Positions 21,034 to 31,734 of a stretch of DNA of 64,000 nucleotides are shown here, piece by piece. The first letter of the stretch is position 1. Each line of letters starts with the position of its first letter. The stretch covers positions 224,001 through 288,000 of the forward strand of contig CAWBZV010000005.1 of NCBI GenBank assembly GCA_963793305.1. The letters run 5' to 3'. The notes under the pieces are model-generated. The model made no database searches and was not told where the DNA came from. It saw nothing but the letters and a program-made list of their open reading frames with translations. Position numbers and translations under genes: made by a program. The DNA is from an uncultured Gemmatimonadales bacterium. Its GTDB lineage: Bacteria; Gemmatimonadota; Gemmatimonadetes; Gemmatimonadales; Gemmatimonadaceae.

Positions 21034-22215
21034 CTAGGCGAGGCCCGCGGCCGCGACGACGATCGTCAAGGCGCGGGCGAGACCGATAGTGCCAGCGGTG
21101 TTGTCGAACCACTCGCCGGGCGTGTGCGCGTCGCCACCGCGCCCGCCGGCGCCGATGGCGATCGCGGGAACGCCCAGGCTGATCGGGACGTTAGCGTCGG
21201 TCGACGCGGTGGAAAGCTCCGGCTCGCGGCCGATGAGGCGCGTGGCGTCGATCGCCGCGAGGACGAGGGGATGGTCGGCGGGCACGTCGCCACACGGACG
21301 ATCGCCGATCGTCTCGACCGCGCACGAGAGCGGCGGAGATCCGGTGGCGCGACGGGCATTCTCCTCGATCTCGGCGGACCGGACCGCGAGACGTACCTCG
21401 CGCTCGTAGCGGTCGAGCATCCGCACGGTCGTCGAGCGAAGGTCGACCTCCAGCCACGCTTCGTCGGCAATCGCGTTCACGGCGATCCCGCCGCCGACGC
21501 GCCCGACGCTAAGCGTCGTCCTCGGCTCCCGCGGCACGATGATCGACGCCAGCTTCGCGATCGCCGTCCCGGCCGCGTGCACGGGATTGACGACGCCGAA
21601 CGCCGCCCAACTGTGCCCGCCTGGCCCGCGATACACGATGCGATACCGTCGGGACCCGAGGCCGCGGTGCACGATGCGCTCGTCACCCGCGCCGTCGAGC
21701 GCGATCGCCGCGGCAACGTCATCGCGCGAGCGGAAGAACGCCTTGGCGCCCCGCAGGTCGCCCGTCCCTTCCTCACCCGTCGTCGCCACGAAATCGATCG
21801 GACGGTCCGTCTTGAGCCGCACGCCGTCGATCTCCTCGGCCAACGCCAGCATCGCCGCGAGACCGCGGCCATTGTCGCCAATGCCCGGCCCAAGGAGCAA
21901 TTCACCGTCCTGTCGCACGCGGACGGTCGTGCCGCGAGGAAAGACCGTGTCCAGATGCGCGCAGACGGCGACCGCCGGTCCCGCCCGCCCGCCGCGCCGC
22001 CGGCCGATCACGTTGCCGGCCGCATCGGACCGGATATCGGAGAGGCCGAGCGCCGTAAAGCGCCGGGCGATCCACGCCGCTCGACGCTGCTCCTCGCCAG
22101 TCGGCGCCGCGATCTCCGATACCGCCACCTGCACGCGGACGATCGCCGCGTCGCGCGCCGTCATCCGCCGGCGCGCGTCGCTCAGGAGTGCATGGGTCTC
22201 AGCAGTGGTCATCAT
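21034..22215 (-). CDS. M20/M25/M40 metallohydrolase
   Basis: AHLDTV, GPGIGDN, TGEEG, GGHSW, STDAN, AHTPGEW. Confidence 0.9.
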   Translation of the reverse strand: MMTTAETHALLSDARRRMTARDAAIVRVQVAVSEIAAPTGEEQRRAAWIARRFTALGLSDIRSDAAGNVIGRRRGGRAGPAVAVCAHLDTVFPRGTTVRVRQDGELLLGPGIGDNGRGLAAMLALAEEIDGVRLKTDRPIDFVATTGEEGTGDLRGAKAFFRSRDDVAAAIALDGAGDERIVHRGLGSRRYRIVYRGPGGHSWAAFGVVNPVHAAGTAIAKLASIIVPREPRTTLSVGRVGGGIAVNAIADEAWLEVDLRSTTVRMLDRYEREVRLAVRSAEIEENARRATGSPPLSCAVETIGDRPCGDVPADHPLVLAAIDATRLIGREPELSTASTDANVPISLGVPAIAIGAGGRGGDAHTPGEWFDNTAGTIGLARALTIVVAAAGLA

Positions 22216-22255
22216 CGGACCGATCGCAATGTAGCTAAATTTCGCTGAGCCGCCG

Positions 22256-22310
22256 ACTGGCGTCGTCCGCTCATCAACAGCCCGTCACCTTGTGGCGCCG
22301 GGGTTCCCCG
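22256..22310 (+). repeat. ~55-bp dispersed element, copy A (intergenic)
   Basis: ACTGGCGTCGTCCGCTCATCAACAGCCCGTCACCTTGTGGCGCCGGGGTTCCCCG; matches 39596-39650 on the minus strand. Confidence 0.8.
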
Positions 22311-22313
22311 CTA

Positions 22314-23576
22314 ATGCAAGACCTGATGTATGACTGGAACACAATCCCGGGAGGCCCCGAGGGGTTCGATTGGGCCGGGGCCCGGGTCGAGATCCAGGAC
22401 GAGACGCTGCGCGACGGCGCCCAGAGCGTGTCGGTGGTCGAGCCCCGGCTCGATGACAAAAAAGCCCTGCTCCATCACGCCGCCGCGCTCGGCGTCCATT
22501 CGGTCGCCCTCGGCTTTCCCGCCATGGGGGAACGAGCCGCGGCCCATGTGGTCGCGCTTGCTCGCGAGATCGCCGACACGAGACTGCCCCTTGCCGCTAC
22601 CTGCGCGGCTCGCACGCTCCCCGCCGATATCCTCGCGATCGCCGAGGCATCGCAAAAAGCGGGGCTCCCGATCGAGGTCGCAACGTTCATCGGGGCATCC
22701 CGCATCCGACAGCTAGTCGAGGGCTGGACACTCGATGACATGTGCCGGCGAGTCGAGGGTGCCGTGACCACGGCCGTCCGGGCGGGGCACGACGTCATGT
22801 TCGTCACTGAGGACACCACGCGGGCGCACCCTGACTCGTTGCATGCTCTCTATAGCGCCGCGCTTCGCGCTGGCGCTCGCCGCGTCTGCATCGCGGACAC
22901 CGTCGGCTGCGCAACACCCCACGGCGTGCGGCGACTGGTCGGCTGGATCGGCGCCGAGTTCCCGACGGCTACAATCGATTGGCACGGGCACCGCGACCGC
23001 GGCCTCGGCCTCGCAAACTGCCTGACAGCGATCGAAGCCGGAGCCGACCGTGTGCACGCGACGGCCTTGGGGCTAGGCGAGCGCGTCGGCAACGTCGAGA
23101 TGGAGCTCCTGCTCGTGAATCTCTCGATGCTCGGCGCCCACCGGCACCCCATCGATTGCCTCAGCGAATATTCCCGACTGGCATCCCGGGCGTTCGACGT
23201 CCCGATTCCGGCGAACCACCCGGTCGTCGGCGCCGATGCCCATGCGACCGGCGCCGGAACGCACGCCGCGGCGATACTCAAAGCGGGTATCCTCCGCGAC
23301 CGCCTCTACACGGCATTCCCGCCGGCCATGATCGGCCGACAGCAAGAGGTCCGCATCTCGCCTGCGTCAGGCGCGTCGAACGTCCGCTGGTGGCTCGAAG
23401 AGCGGGGCTATGTCGCTGACGCCGGGGACGCCGGACTCGTCGCCTACCTACTGATGGCCGCGAAAGCCTCGGACCGCACACTCGCCGCGGACGAAATCGA
23501 AGCGCTGCGCGGCGAGTATCTCAGCAGCAGCGCGCGCCAGGACGCTCGTACCGCGCCGCCATCCGCTCGCGCATAA
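22314..23576 (+). CDS. LeuA/homocitrate synthase family (DRE-TIM) enzyme, short form
   Basis: DETLRDGAQ, EDTTRA, ADTVG, HGHRDRGL, GLGERVGN; no C-terminal regulatory domain. Confidence 0.85.
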   Translation: MQDLMYDWNTIPGGPEGFDWAGARVEIQDETLRDGAQSVSVVEPRLDDKKALLHHAAALGVHSVALGFPAMGERAAAHVVALAREIADTRLPLAATCAARTLPADILAIAEASQKAGLPIEVATFIGASRIRQLVEGWTLDDMCRRVEGAVTTAVRAGHDVMFVTEDTTRAHPDSLHALYSAALRAGARRVCIADTVGCATPHGVRRLVGWIGAEFPTATIDWHGHRDRGLGLANCLTAIEAGADRVHATALGLGERVGNVEMELLLVNLSMLGAHRHPIDCLSEYSRLASRAFDVPIPANHPVVGADAHATGAGTHAAAILKAGILRDRLYTAFPPAMIGRQQEVRISPASGASNVRWWLEERGYVADAGDAGLVAYLLMAAKASDRTLAADEIEALRGEYLSSSARQDARTAPPSARA

Positions 23577-23697
23577 AGGCGTCTCGCGAGAGCACCGGCT
23601 CGGCAGGGTGATGCTCGCGCATGTGGGCGACGTAGCGCTCATAATCGGGCACCCCGATGATTCGCAGAACCGCTGAGCGCAGCGTGGCGGCGGTCAT
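23521..23697 (-). CDS. YbdD/YjiX (DUF466) family protein
   Basis: GVPDYERYVAHMREHHP...RCC; follows cstA. Confidence 0.9.
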   Translation of the reverse strand: MTAATLRSAVLRIIGVPDYERYVAHMREHHPAEPVLSRDAFMRERMAARYERPGARCC

Positions 23698-25665
23698 GGC
23701 TGCGGCGCCAGATTCGGAGCCGGCGAGATCACGCGGAGCCACACGCGAACGGCGTCGAACACGACGATCAGCACCGACACCAGGAAGAATCCCGCCACGG
23801 CCGCGTCGAGATAGTCAGCGAACGCCAGCGACCCCGTCACCGTCTTCGCGTGCGCCAGAAGCCCGAGCCTCGGATCCGCCGCAAAAATCTTCTGCACACT
23901 GGCCGTACTGGTCACCGCGACCAGCCAGACGAGCGGGACGAGCGTTACGAGCGCGTATCGCGGTTTCCCCATCTTGATGATCACCGTCGTACCGACCGAC
24001 AGCGCGATGGCCGCAAGCAGCTGGTTCGCGATGCCGAACAGCGGCCACAGATTGTTGAAGCCGCCGGTGATCCCCTGGATGAGGAACACGCCCCAACCCG
24101 CGACGAAGAGCGCGCTCGCTAGCACGGCCCCCGGGTACCAACTGACCCTTCCAAACGGTTGCCACACATTCGACAACAAATCTTGCAGAATAAAGCGGCC
24201 CACGCGCGTGCCAGCGTCGAGTACTGTCAAGATGAACAGCGCCTCGAACATGATGGCGAAGTGATACCAGAGCGCCAGGGCGCCACCGCCCGAGAAGAAC
24301 GACGAAAATATTGTCGCCATGCCGACCGCGAGACTCGGCGCGCCGCCAGTTCGCGACAGCAGCGATGACTCGCCGACTCGGCGGGCCAGCTCGGTGAGAT
24401 CGCTCGGCGAGACCTGGAAGCCCCAGGACGTGACAGCGGCCGCCGCACTCGTGGCCGTGGTCCCAATCGCGCTCGCCGGCGAGTTGATGGCGAAATACAC
24501 CCCGGGCGTCAGCGCACAGGCCGCGATCAGCGCCATGACCGCGACCATGGACTCCGTCAGCATGCCGCCATAGCCGACCGGTCGCGCATCGGGTTCGCTC
24601 TCCAGCATTTTCGGCGTCGTCCCCGACGAGATCAGCGCATGAAACCCCGAGACGGCCCCGCAGGCAATCGTGATGAACGCGAAGGGAAAGAGCGACCCCG
24701 CGAACACGGGTCCGGTGCCGTCGATGTACTTGGTCAGCGCCGGCATCTTGAGCGGCGGCAGGAGAAACAAGAATGCCGACAGCCAAAGCGAATACGACAC
24801 CGATCTTCACGAACGCCGACAAGTAGTCGCGTGGAGCCAGGAGCAACCACACCGGAAGGACGGACGCGGCGAAGCCATAGATCATGAGCGACCACGCCAG
24901 AACCATTGGACTCAAGGTGAAGAGCCGAGCAATGACCGGGTCGGCCGCGGCCCATTGGCCGGCGAACAAGGCGCCGACGAGCATCACGACGCCAATGGCG
25001 GTCGCCTCGAGCACCCAATGCGGCCGAACCCATCGGAGATACACCCCGAGGAACAGCGCGATCGGGATGGTCAGCATCAGCGTGACGGTGCCCCAGGGGC
25101 TCGACTTGAGCGCGTTGACGATCACGAGCGCCAGGACGGCGATCAAAATGATCATGATCCCGAGGATCGCGAATAACGCCATGCCGCCCGCGACAGGCCC
25201 GATCTCGTCCTTGGCCATGGCGGCGAGGGACTTGCCATCCCGTCTGATCGACGCACACAGAATCACGAAATCCTGGACCGCGCCGCCAAGGACGGCGCCC
25301 AGGAGGAGCCAGATCGTTCCCGGGAGAAAGCCGAATTGCGCCGCCAGCGTCGGCCCAACCAAGGGGCCGGGTCCGGCAATCGCCGCGAAATGATGCCCGA
25401 ACACGATCACCCGGTTCGTCGGCACATAGTCCCGGCCATCGTTGAACCGGACGGCCGGCGTGGTCCGCGACGCGTCGAGCTGAAACACGCGCCGCGCAAT
25501 GAATCGGCTATAAAACCGATATCCAATGGCATAGGTGGCGACGGCTGCGGTGAGCAGCCAGGCAGCACTGACGGTCTCGCCTCTCGCGAGCGCCAGCATC
25601 GCAAACGATCCGGCGCCAACAAGCCCAACGCCAATCCAGAGAGCTACACGGGCGGCCTTCGACAT
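23694..25665 (-). CDS. cstA: Carbon starvation protein A family transporter, frameshift near 24770
   Basis: FGHHFAAIAG.GPLVGP, PVWLLLAPRDYLS, then FITIACGAVSGFHAL and LWPLFGIANQLLA in the next frame. Confidence 0.93.
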
Positions 25666-25688
25666 ACGGATATATTAGCTTACGCACC
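25666..25688. promoter_or_regulatory. Overlapping divergent -10 boxes, probable leaderless promoters
   Basis: Minus: TAATAT-N6-ATG (cstA); plus: TAGCTT-N7-GTG (25689). Confidence 0.55.
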
Positions 25689-26375
25689 GTGAAACGACTT
25701 CTTCTGTTGATCGCGTGCGTCGGGTGCAACGCGCACGTGCCGGGTACCAACTCGCTGTCCCTCCGGCCGATTCCCGGCCGTGCCCTCTCCGGTACCGAAG
25801 GCCAGTCGATCGTCGTGACGCCGGTCATGTACATCCGGCAGAACGACCCGCCGCTCTACTGGGGCCGGGCCATCGATAGGCCGCGCGACTACATGCGGCA
25901 CGCCGACACGTTAATCGAGACGGCGCTCACCCAGCGCGCGCCCCGCGCGCACTTCGTGTTTGCCGCGGAGATCGAGCGACAGCGGATGCGCAACCCCGGC
26001 TATATCGCCGACCCGTATGCGCTGTCCGGCGCGCAACTGTTGCCGGCAGTCCATCGGCCGGGCAATCCGATTCAGGAGCCGTTGGCGAGCGAGCTCCGGA
26101 CGTTGGTCAACTTCCAGGAGAGCGCGCGGTACGTGCTGATCCCCGTCGAGATCCATTTCACCAATGGGGCGGACGCCGATCCGAAGAAACCGCCGCCGCC
26201 ACCGCCACCGGGAGCGATCGTGATGGCGCAGCCGGTGCTACGCGTGGTGCTCTACGACGCGAGAGCGACGGTGGTGCTGTGGCAGGGCAATGTGGTCGGC
26301 GACCCCACCCAGTCGCCGAACGGGGCCATGGAGAGCGTCGCCCGCTACCTCGGCGACCGACTCGGCACACCCTGA
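25689..26375 (+). CDS. Hypothetical lipoprotein
   Basis: MKRLLLLIACVGC lipobox-like signal; poly-Pro insert. Confidence 0.7.
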   Translation: MKRLLLLIACVGCNAHVPGTNSLSLRPIPGRALSGTEGQSIVVTPVMYIRQNDPPLYWGRAIDRPRDYMRHADTLIETALTQRAPRAHFVFAAEIERQRMRNPGYIADPYALSGAQLLPAVHRPGNPIQEPLASELRTLVNFQESARYVLIPVEIHFTNGADADPKKPPPPPPPGAIVMAQPVLRVVLYDARATVVLWQGNVVGDPTQSPNGAMESVARYLGDRLGTP

Positions 26376-26383
26376 GCCCCACC

Positions 26384-27403
26384 ATGCCAACCCCGGTTAC
26401 GCTGATTCCCGGAGATGGGATCGGCCCCGGCATCACGGCGGCGACGGTCCGGATCCTCGAAGCGGCGCGGGCCGAGATCGCCTGGGAGACCCACGTCGCG
26501 GGCCTCGCGGGTGTGATGCAGCATCACGATCCAATGCCGCAGTCGACGCTCGACTCGATCACCCGTACGGGTCTGGCCCTCAAGGGGCCGCTCGAGACTC
26601 CCGTGGGCGAAGGCTTTCGCTCCATCAACGTCGCGTTGCGCACGACGTTCGACCTCTACGCCAACGTCCGCCCAGCGCACGTGATTCGTCAGGGCGGCCG
26701 CTTCGAGAAGGTCGATATCGTCCTCGTGCGCGAGAACACCGAAGGGCTCTACGTCGGCGTCGAGCACTATATCAAAATCGGCGACGATCCCCACGCGGCG
26801 GCCGAATCCGTGGCGATTATTACCCGGAAAGGCGCCGAGCGCGTGATTCGCTACGCGTTCGAGTACGCCGTGCAGCACCGCCGGAAGAAGGTCACGCTCG
26901 TCCACAAAGCGAATATTCTCAAATTCTCCCAAGGGCTCTTTCTCGAAACCGGCCGGAAGATCGCCGCCGAGTACGCGCCCAAGGGCATCGCCTTTGGTGA
27001 GAAGATCGTCAATGCCATGGCCATGGATCTCGTCCTGCGGCCGGAAGCGTACAACGTCATCGTGACGACGAATCTGTTCGGCGATATTCTGTCGGACGAG
27101 ATCTCGGGACTGGTCGGGGGACTCGGCCTCGCGCCGGGCGCCAATATCGGAGCGAGAGCCGCGATCTTCGAGGCGGTGCACGGCACGGCGCCGGATCTCG
27201 CGGGCAAGAACGTCGCCAACCCCAGCGCCTTGACGTTCGCGGCATGCATGATGCTCGATCACCTGGGCAACGTCACGCGAGCCGATCGCATCCGCGCCGC
27301 GGTCGAATCCACCATCCGCGACGGCACGACGATCACGCGGGATCTGGGCGGCACAGCCACCACCAATGAGTTCACGGACGCGGTGATCGCGAAGCTGTTG
27401 TGA
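26384..27403 (+). CDS. Isocitrate/isopropylmalate dehydrogenase family protein
   Basis: LIPGDGIGP, RSINVALR, RENTEGLY, VHKANILK, NLFGDILSD, FEAVHGTAPD. Confidence 0.93.
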   Translation: MPTPVTLIPGDGIGPGITAATVRILEAARAEIAWETHVAGLAGVMQHHDPMPQSTLDSITRTGLALKGPLETPVGEGFRSINVALRTTFDLYANVRPAHVIRQGGRFEKVDIVLVRENTEGLYVGVEHYIKIGDDPHAAAESVAIITRKGAERVIRYAFEYAVQHRRKKVTLVHKANILKFSQGLFLETGRKIAAEYAPKGIAFGEKIVNAMAMDLVLRPEAYNVIVTTNLFGDILSDEISGLVGGLGLAPGANIGARAAIFEAVHGTAPDLAGKNVANPSALTFAACMMLDHLGNVTRADRIRAAVESTIRDGTTITRDLGGTATTNEFTDAVIAKLL

Positions 27404-28194
27404 CGCGCATCTTGCACGTGTCGGACCTCCATTTCGGGTGGCCCGCCATGTTGCCCATCATCGATGCGCTCGACGCGCTGATCCGCGCCGAGCGCTACAA
27501 TGTGGTCGCGGTCTCGGGTGACCTGTCACAGCGCTCGAAAGCGGGAGAGTTCCAACGCGCGCTCGTGTTTCTCCAGAACGCCGCGCAACACGGCGCGACG
27601 ATCACCGTGCCGGGGAATCACGACGTGGCCTGGTGGTTCGCGCCCCTTGGTGTCGGGGCTCCGGATCGCCTCTACCGGAACTACCGGCGTTGGATCGCGA
27701 CGACGATCGAGCCGGTCCTGCACGTGCCCGGCGTCACGCTCGTGGGGCTGAACACGGCGCACGGCGTCTCGTGGGACACGCTGACCGGCAACCCGCGGGA
27801 CGTGTCCATCGTCGGCTCGCTGCGCGACTCGCAGATCGCGTGGGCCGGGACGCAATTTCCAGCCGGCGACGCACGGGTGATCGTGATGCATCACAATCCG
27901 ACGTTCGGCGCGCTGTCCCAACGCTACGGTATCACCCGTCCCCACCGCGCGCTGCAGGCTCTGTCGGAAATCAACGTCAACCTCGTGCTCTGTGGCCATG
28001 ATCACCAGGAGGCGATCGTCGCCGAAGGCCGCATGTTGATCTCGGTCGCCGGGACCGTCTCGAGCCGCTCTCGGGGACATCGTCCGCAATCAGTGAACGT
28101 TTGCACAATCACTCGCCAGACGGTCGAGGTGCAGACGCTGGTCTGGAACGGACAAGAGTTTGAGCCGGGGCCGCCAACATGCGTGAGCAGGTAG
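27400..28194 (+). CDS. Calcineurin-like metallophosphoesterase
   Basis: SDLHFG, SGDL, PGNHD, MHH, GHDH. Confidence 0.9.
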   Translation: MTRILHVSDLHFGWPAMLPIIDALDALIRAERYNVVAVSGDLSQRSKAGEFQRALVFLQNAAQHGATITVPGNHDVAWWFAPLGVGAPDRLYRNYRRWIATTIEPVLHVPGVTLVGLNTAHGVSWDTLTGNPRDVSIVGSLRDSQIAWAGTQFPAGDARVIVMHHNPTFGALSQRYGITRPHRALQALSEINVNLVLCGHDHQEAIVAEGRMLISVAGTVSSRSRGHRPQSVNVCTITRQTVEVQTLVWNGQEFEPGPPTCVSR

Positions 28195-28850
28195 AGCAGC
28201 TCGAGCTCGCGTTCGCGCCCCGCAACGCCGACGAGCTCCTGTCGCGTCTCATCGACGACGGTTTGCGCGGTATCACGTCGCTGCGCCTCACGCGAAATCG
28301 CGCCACCATGGTCAGCTATCGCGGCAGCGCGCTCAGGGTCCATCGCGCGTTTCTCACGGCGCCAAGAGACGTACTGCACGCCATCGCGACTTTTGTCAGT
28401 GGCCGCACGCGAGTGGAGCGAGCGGCGGCACGAAGGCTGTTATTGGCCTACCCGGTGCCGCGAGACGACCGGCCCCGACGAGCAAGGCGCGAGCCCAGGC
28501 ATCCAGACGACGCGCCGACCGAAGAGCGCCTGACCGCCGCGCACCACGCGCTCAACGCCGAGCGTTTCGGCGGCATGTTGCACCCGATATCGATTCGAGT
28601 CTCACGGCGTCTCAAAAGCCGCCTGGGCTACTATCGCGTGAGGACCGCGCACGAACCGCCGGAGATCGTGATCAGCCGCCGCCATCTCCGTCGCCACGGA
28701 TGGACCGAGGCGCTCGCCACCCTCGTGCACGAGATGGTGCACCAGTGGCAGGACGAGCGCGGCGGACCGGTTGACCACGGCCGTGTGTTCCGTGCCAAGG
28801 CGAGAGAGGTGGGCGTCCCGGCGGCTGCGCGGCGGGCCGTCACCCAATAG
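28179..28850 (+). CDS. SprT-like zinc metalloprotease
   Basis: TLVHEMVHQWQ...HGRVF. Confidence 0.85.
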   Translation: MREQVEQLELAFAPRNADELLSRLIDDGLRGITSLRLTRNRATMVSYRGSALRVHRAFLTAPRDVLHAIATFVSGRTRVERAAARRLLLAYPVPRDDRPRRARREPRHPDDAPTEERLTAAHHALNAERFGGMLHPISIRVSRRLKSRLGYYRVRTAHEPPEIVISRRHLRRHGWTEALATLVHEMVHQWQDERGGPVDHGRVFRAKAREVGVPAAARRAVTQ

Positions 28851-28861
28851 CTTTCGGTGCT

Positions 28862-30034
28862 ATGGAAATCCAAGATTTTTACGCCGTCGACTCCTCGTTG
28901 TCCGAGGAAGAGCGCGCCGTGCGGGACAGCGTGCGCCGCTTCGTCGACGAGCGCGTGCTGCCGATCATCGGCCACTGTTACGTCGAAGGCCGATTCCCGA
29001 AAGAGCTGATCCCCGAGATGGGCGCGATGGGCTTGTTCGGCGCGAACCTCCCCGAAGAATATGGTTGCGCCGGGCTGAACAACGTCGCCTACGGTCTCAT
29101 CATGCAAGAGCTCGAGCGCGGTGACTCGGGCGTGCGCTCGTTCGCGTCCGTGCAAGGCGCGCTCGTCATGTATCCGATCTACGCGTTCGGCAGCGAAGAG
29201 CAGAAAAAGCGCTACCTGCCGCCGATGGCGACCGGCCAGACCATCGGCTGCTTCGGTCTCACGGAGCCCGACTTCGGCTCCAATCCGGCCGGCATGATCA
29301 CGACCGCGAAGGAGCAGGGCGACGGGAGCTTCGTGCTCAACGGCGCGAAGATGTGGATCACGAACGGCTCGACCGCGCACGTGGCGATTATCTGGGCGAA
29401 GACCGGCACTGACCAGGACTCGATTCGCGGGTTTCTCGTCCCCACCGACACGCGGGGATTCACGGCCAAGGATCAAAAGGGCAAGCTGTCCCTTCGCGCG
29501 TCGGACACGAGTGAGATCGTCCTGCAGGATGTCTGTATCCCCAAGGGCAATCTGCTCCCGAAGTCTGGAGGGCTGAAGAGTCCTCTCATGTGCCTCACGC
29601 AAGCGCGCTACGGCATCAGCTGGGGCGCCCTCGGGGCAGCCATGGCCTGTTTCGAAGAAGCCACGTCGTACGCCAAGCAGCGCGTGATGTTCGATCGCCC
29701 GATCGGCGGCTTCCAACTTCAGCAGCAGCGTCTGGCCGAGATGCTGACGGAGATCGTCAAGGCGCAGCTACTCGTCCTCCACCTCGGCCGCCTCAAGGAC
29801 GCCGGGACGTATACGCCGCAGCAGGTGTCGCTGGCCAAGCGCAACAACGTCAACATGGCGACCGATATCGCTCGCGAAGCGCGCCGCCTGCTCGGCGCCA
29901 ACGGCATTCTCGCCGAGTACGCGTCCATGCGACACATGGAGAACCTGGAGAGCGTGTACACGTACGAGGGAACGCACGACGTCCACACGCTGATCCTCGG
30001 TCAGGCGATCACTGGACTCAACGCATTCAACTGA
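28862..30034 (+). CDS. Acyl-CoA dehydrogenase, glutaryl-CoA dehydrogenase-like
   Basis: GCFGLTEPDFGSNP, KMWITNG, LGANGI, YTYEGTHDVH. Confidence 0.92.
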   Translation: MEIQDFYAVDSSLSEEERAVRDSVRRFVDERVLPIIGHCYVEGRFPKELIPEMGAMGLFGANLPEEYGCAGLNNVAYGLIMQELERGDSGVRSFASVQGALVMYPIYAFGSEEQKKRYLPPMATGQTIGCFGLTEPDFGSNPAGMITTAKEQGDGSFVLNGAKMWITNGSTAHVAIIWAKTGTDQDSIRGFLVPTDTRGFTAKDQKGKLSLRASDTSEIVLQDVCIPKGNLLPKSGGLKSPLMCLTQARYGISWGALGAAMACFEEATSYAKQRVMFDRPIGGFQLQQQRLAEMLTEIVKAQLLVLHLGRLKDAGTYTPQQVSLAKRNNVNMATDIAREARRLLGANGILAEYASMRHMENLESVYTYEGTHDVHTLILGQAITGLNAFN

Positions 30035-30775
30035 TGAAGATCGCCGTGTGCATCAAGCGCGTGCCGGACACCGAGACGCGCATCAAAATCTCTGGCACGA
30101 GCAAGATCGACGAGACCGGCGTCAAGTTCATCGCGAACCCCTACGACGAGTTCGCGGTCGAAGCCGCGCTCCAGCTCAAGCAAAAAGCCGGCGGCGAGAT
30201 CGTCGCGGTCTCCTTGGGTCCCGACTCGGCCCAGGAAACGATCCGGACCGCGCTCGCCATGGGCGCCGATCGCGGATTGCACCTGAAGACCGACGGCCAG
30301 CCGTACGACACCTTGGCTGTCGCCCATGCGCTCGCCGCGGAGCTCAAAGGCTACGATGTGATTTTGCTCGGCAAGATGGCGATCGATGACTACAACCATG
30401 CCATGGGCCCCGCGCTCGCCGAGATCCTGAATTTGCCATGCGTCAGTGCCGTGACGTTCTTTGACCATCGACGGCACGAAGGGCACCGCCGAACGCGAAG
30501 TCGAGGGAGGTGTCGAGGTCCTCTCCTTCCCATTGCCAGCCGTTATCACGACCGACAAGGGCCTCAACAAGCCACGGCTGCCGACGCTGCCGGGCATCAT
30601 GGCGGCGAAAAAGAAGCCGATGGAAAGCAAACCGGCCGCATTGGGCGCAACCCACGTCACGGTCCGTTCGCTGGCATTGCCACCCGAGCGTCCGGCGGGA
30701 CGCATTATCGGCGAGGGCGCAGCCGCGGTCCCAGAGCTGATTCGCCTGCTCCAGACGGAGGCGAAAGTTCTATGA
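30034..30775 (+). CDS. etfB: Electron transfer flavoprotein beta subunit, frameshift near 30458
   Basis: MKIAVCIKRVPD, NPYDEFAVE, ALAMGAD, then REVEGG...GIMAAKKKP in the next frame. Confidence 0.92.
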
Positions 30776-31734
30776 TCCTGGCATTCGCGGAATCCCGAGG
30801 CACCGCGCTCCGCAAGGCAGCCTTTGAGGCCGTGACCGCTGCGCGCGAGCTGGGCGATGACGTTCACGCGATCGTGGTCGGCCCGAGCGGCATCGCCGCA
30901 CAAGCCTCGCAACTCGACGCGTCCCGCGTGCTGGTCGCGGAGCACGCCGCGTTCGCGCAATACAATCCCGAGGCGACCGCGGCGCTCGTCGCCGAGCATG
31001 TCAAAACAGGCGGCTACCGCGCGGTCTTCTTCGTGTCGACGGCGCAAGGTCGCGACCTCGCGCCGCGCGTCGCCGCCAAGCTCGGCGCCGCGTTCGCGCC
31101 GGACGTTACGTCGGTGGCCACGAACGGCGAGGAGATCATCGTCACGCACCCGGTATACTCGGGAAAAGCCATCGCGACGCTGGTGCTCACGGGCGCTCCG
31201 GCCGTCATCGCGGCCCGGCCCTCGACGTTCCAGCCGGCACGGACGGATAGCGCCTCGCCTTCCGTCGAGGCGATTACGCCGGTCGGCGATCCATCGGCGT
31301 CTCGCGTGGTCGTCACCGAGCTTCGCACCGGAGGCGGCGCCAAGCTCGATGTCAGCGAGGCCGCGATCGTGGTGAGCGGAGGCCGCGGGCTCAAAGGCCC
31401 TGAGCACTTCACGCTCGTCGAGGATCTCGCCGCCTCGTTCGGCAACGCGGCGGTCGGCGCCTCCCGCGCCGTGGTCGACGCCGGCTGGCGGCCGCATTCG
31501 GACCAGGTGGGCCAGACCGGCAAGGTCGTGAGCCCCGACCTCTACGTCGCCGTCGGCATCTCCGGCGCGATTCAGCATCTGGCCGGGATGCGCACGGCCA
31601 AGACCATCGTCGCCATCAACCGCGACAAGGACGCGCCGATCTTCAAGATCGCGGACTACGGCATCGTCGGCGATGCGTTCGAGATCGTGCCGGCGCTGGC
31701 GGCCGCGGTGCGCGAGGCGCGCCGCTCGGGATGA
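30772..31734 (+). CDS. etfA: Electron transfer flavoprotein alpha subunit
   Basis: [36 protein letters not shown]. Confidence 0.95.
   Translation: MILAFAESRGTALRKAAFEAVTAARELGDDVHAIVVGPSGIAAQASQLDASRVLVAEHAAFAQYNPEATAALVAEHVKTGGYRAVFFVSTAQGRDLAPRVAAKLGAAFAPDVTSVATNGEEIIVTHPVYSGKAIATLVLTGAPAVIAARPSTFQPARTDSASPSVEAITPVGDPSASRVVVTELRTGGGAKLDVSEAAIVVSGGRGLKGPEHFTLVEDLAASFGNAAVGASRAVVDAGWRPHSDQVGQTGKVVSPDLYVAVGISGAIQHLAGMRTAKTIVAINRDKDAPIFKIADYGIVGDAFEIVPALAAAVREARRSG

Noticed and set aside
29590..31734. 714-aa ORF as an EtfB-EtfA fusion
   Set aside because: Artefact of the etfB indel; etfA has its own ATGA-coupled start at 30772
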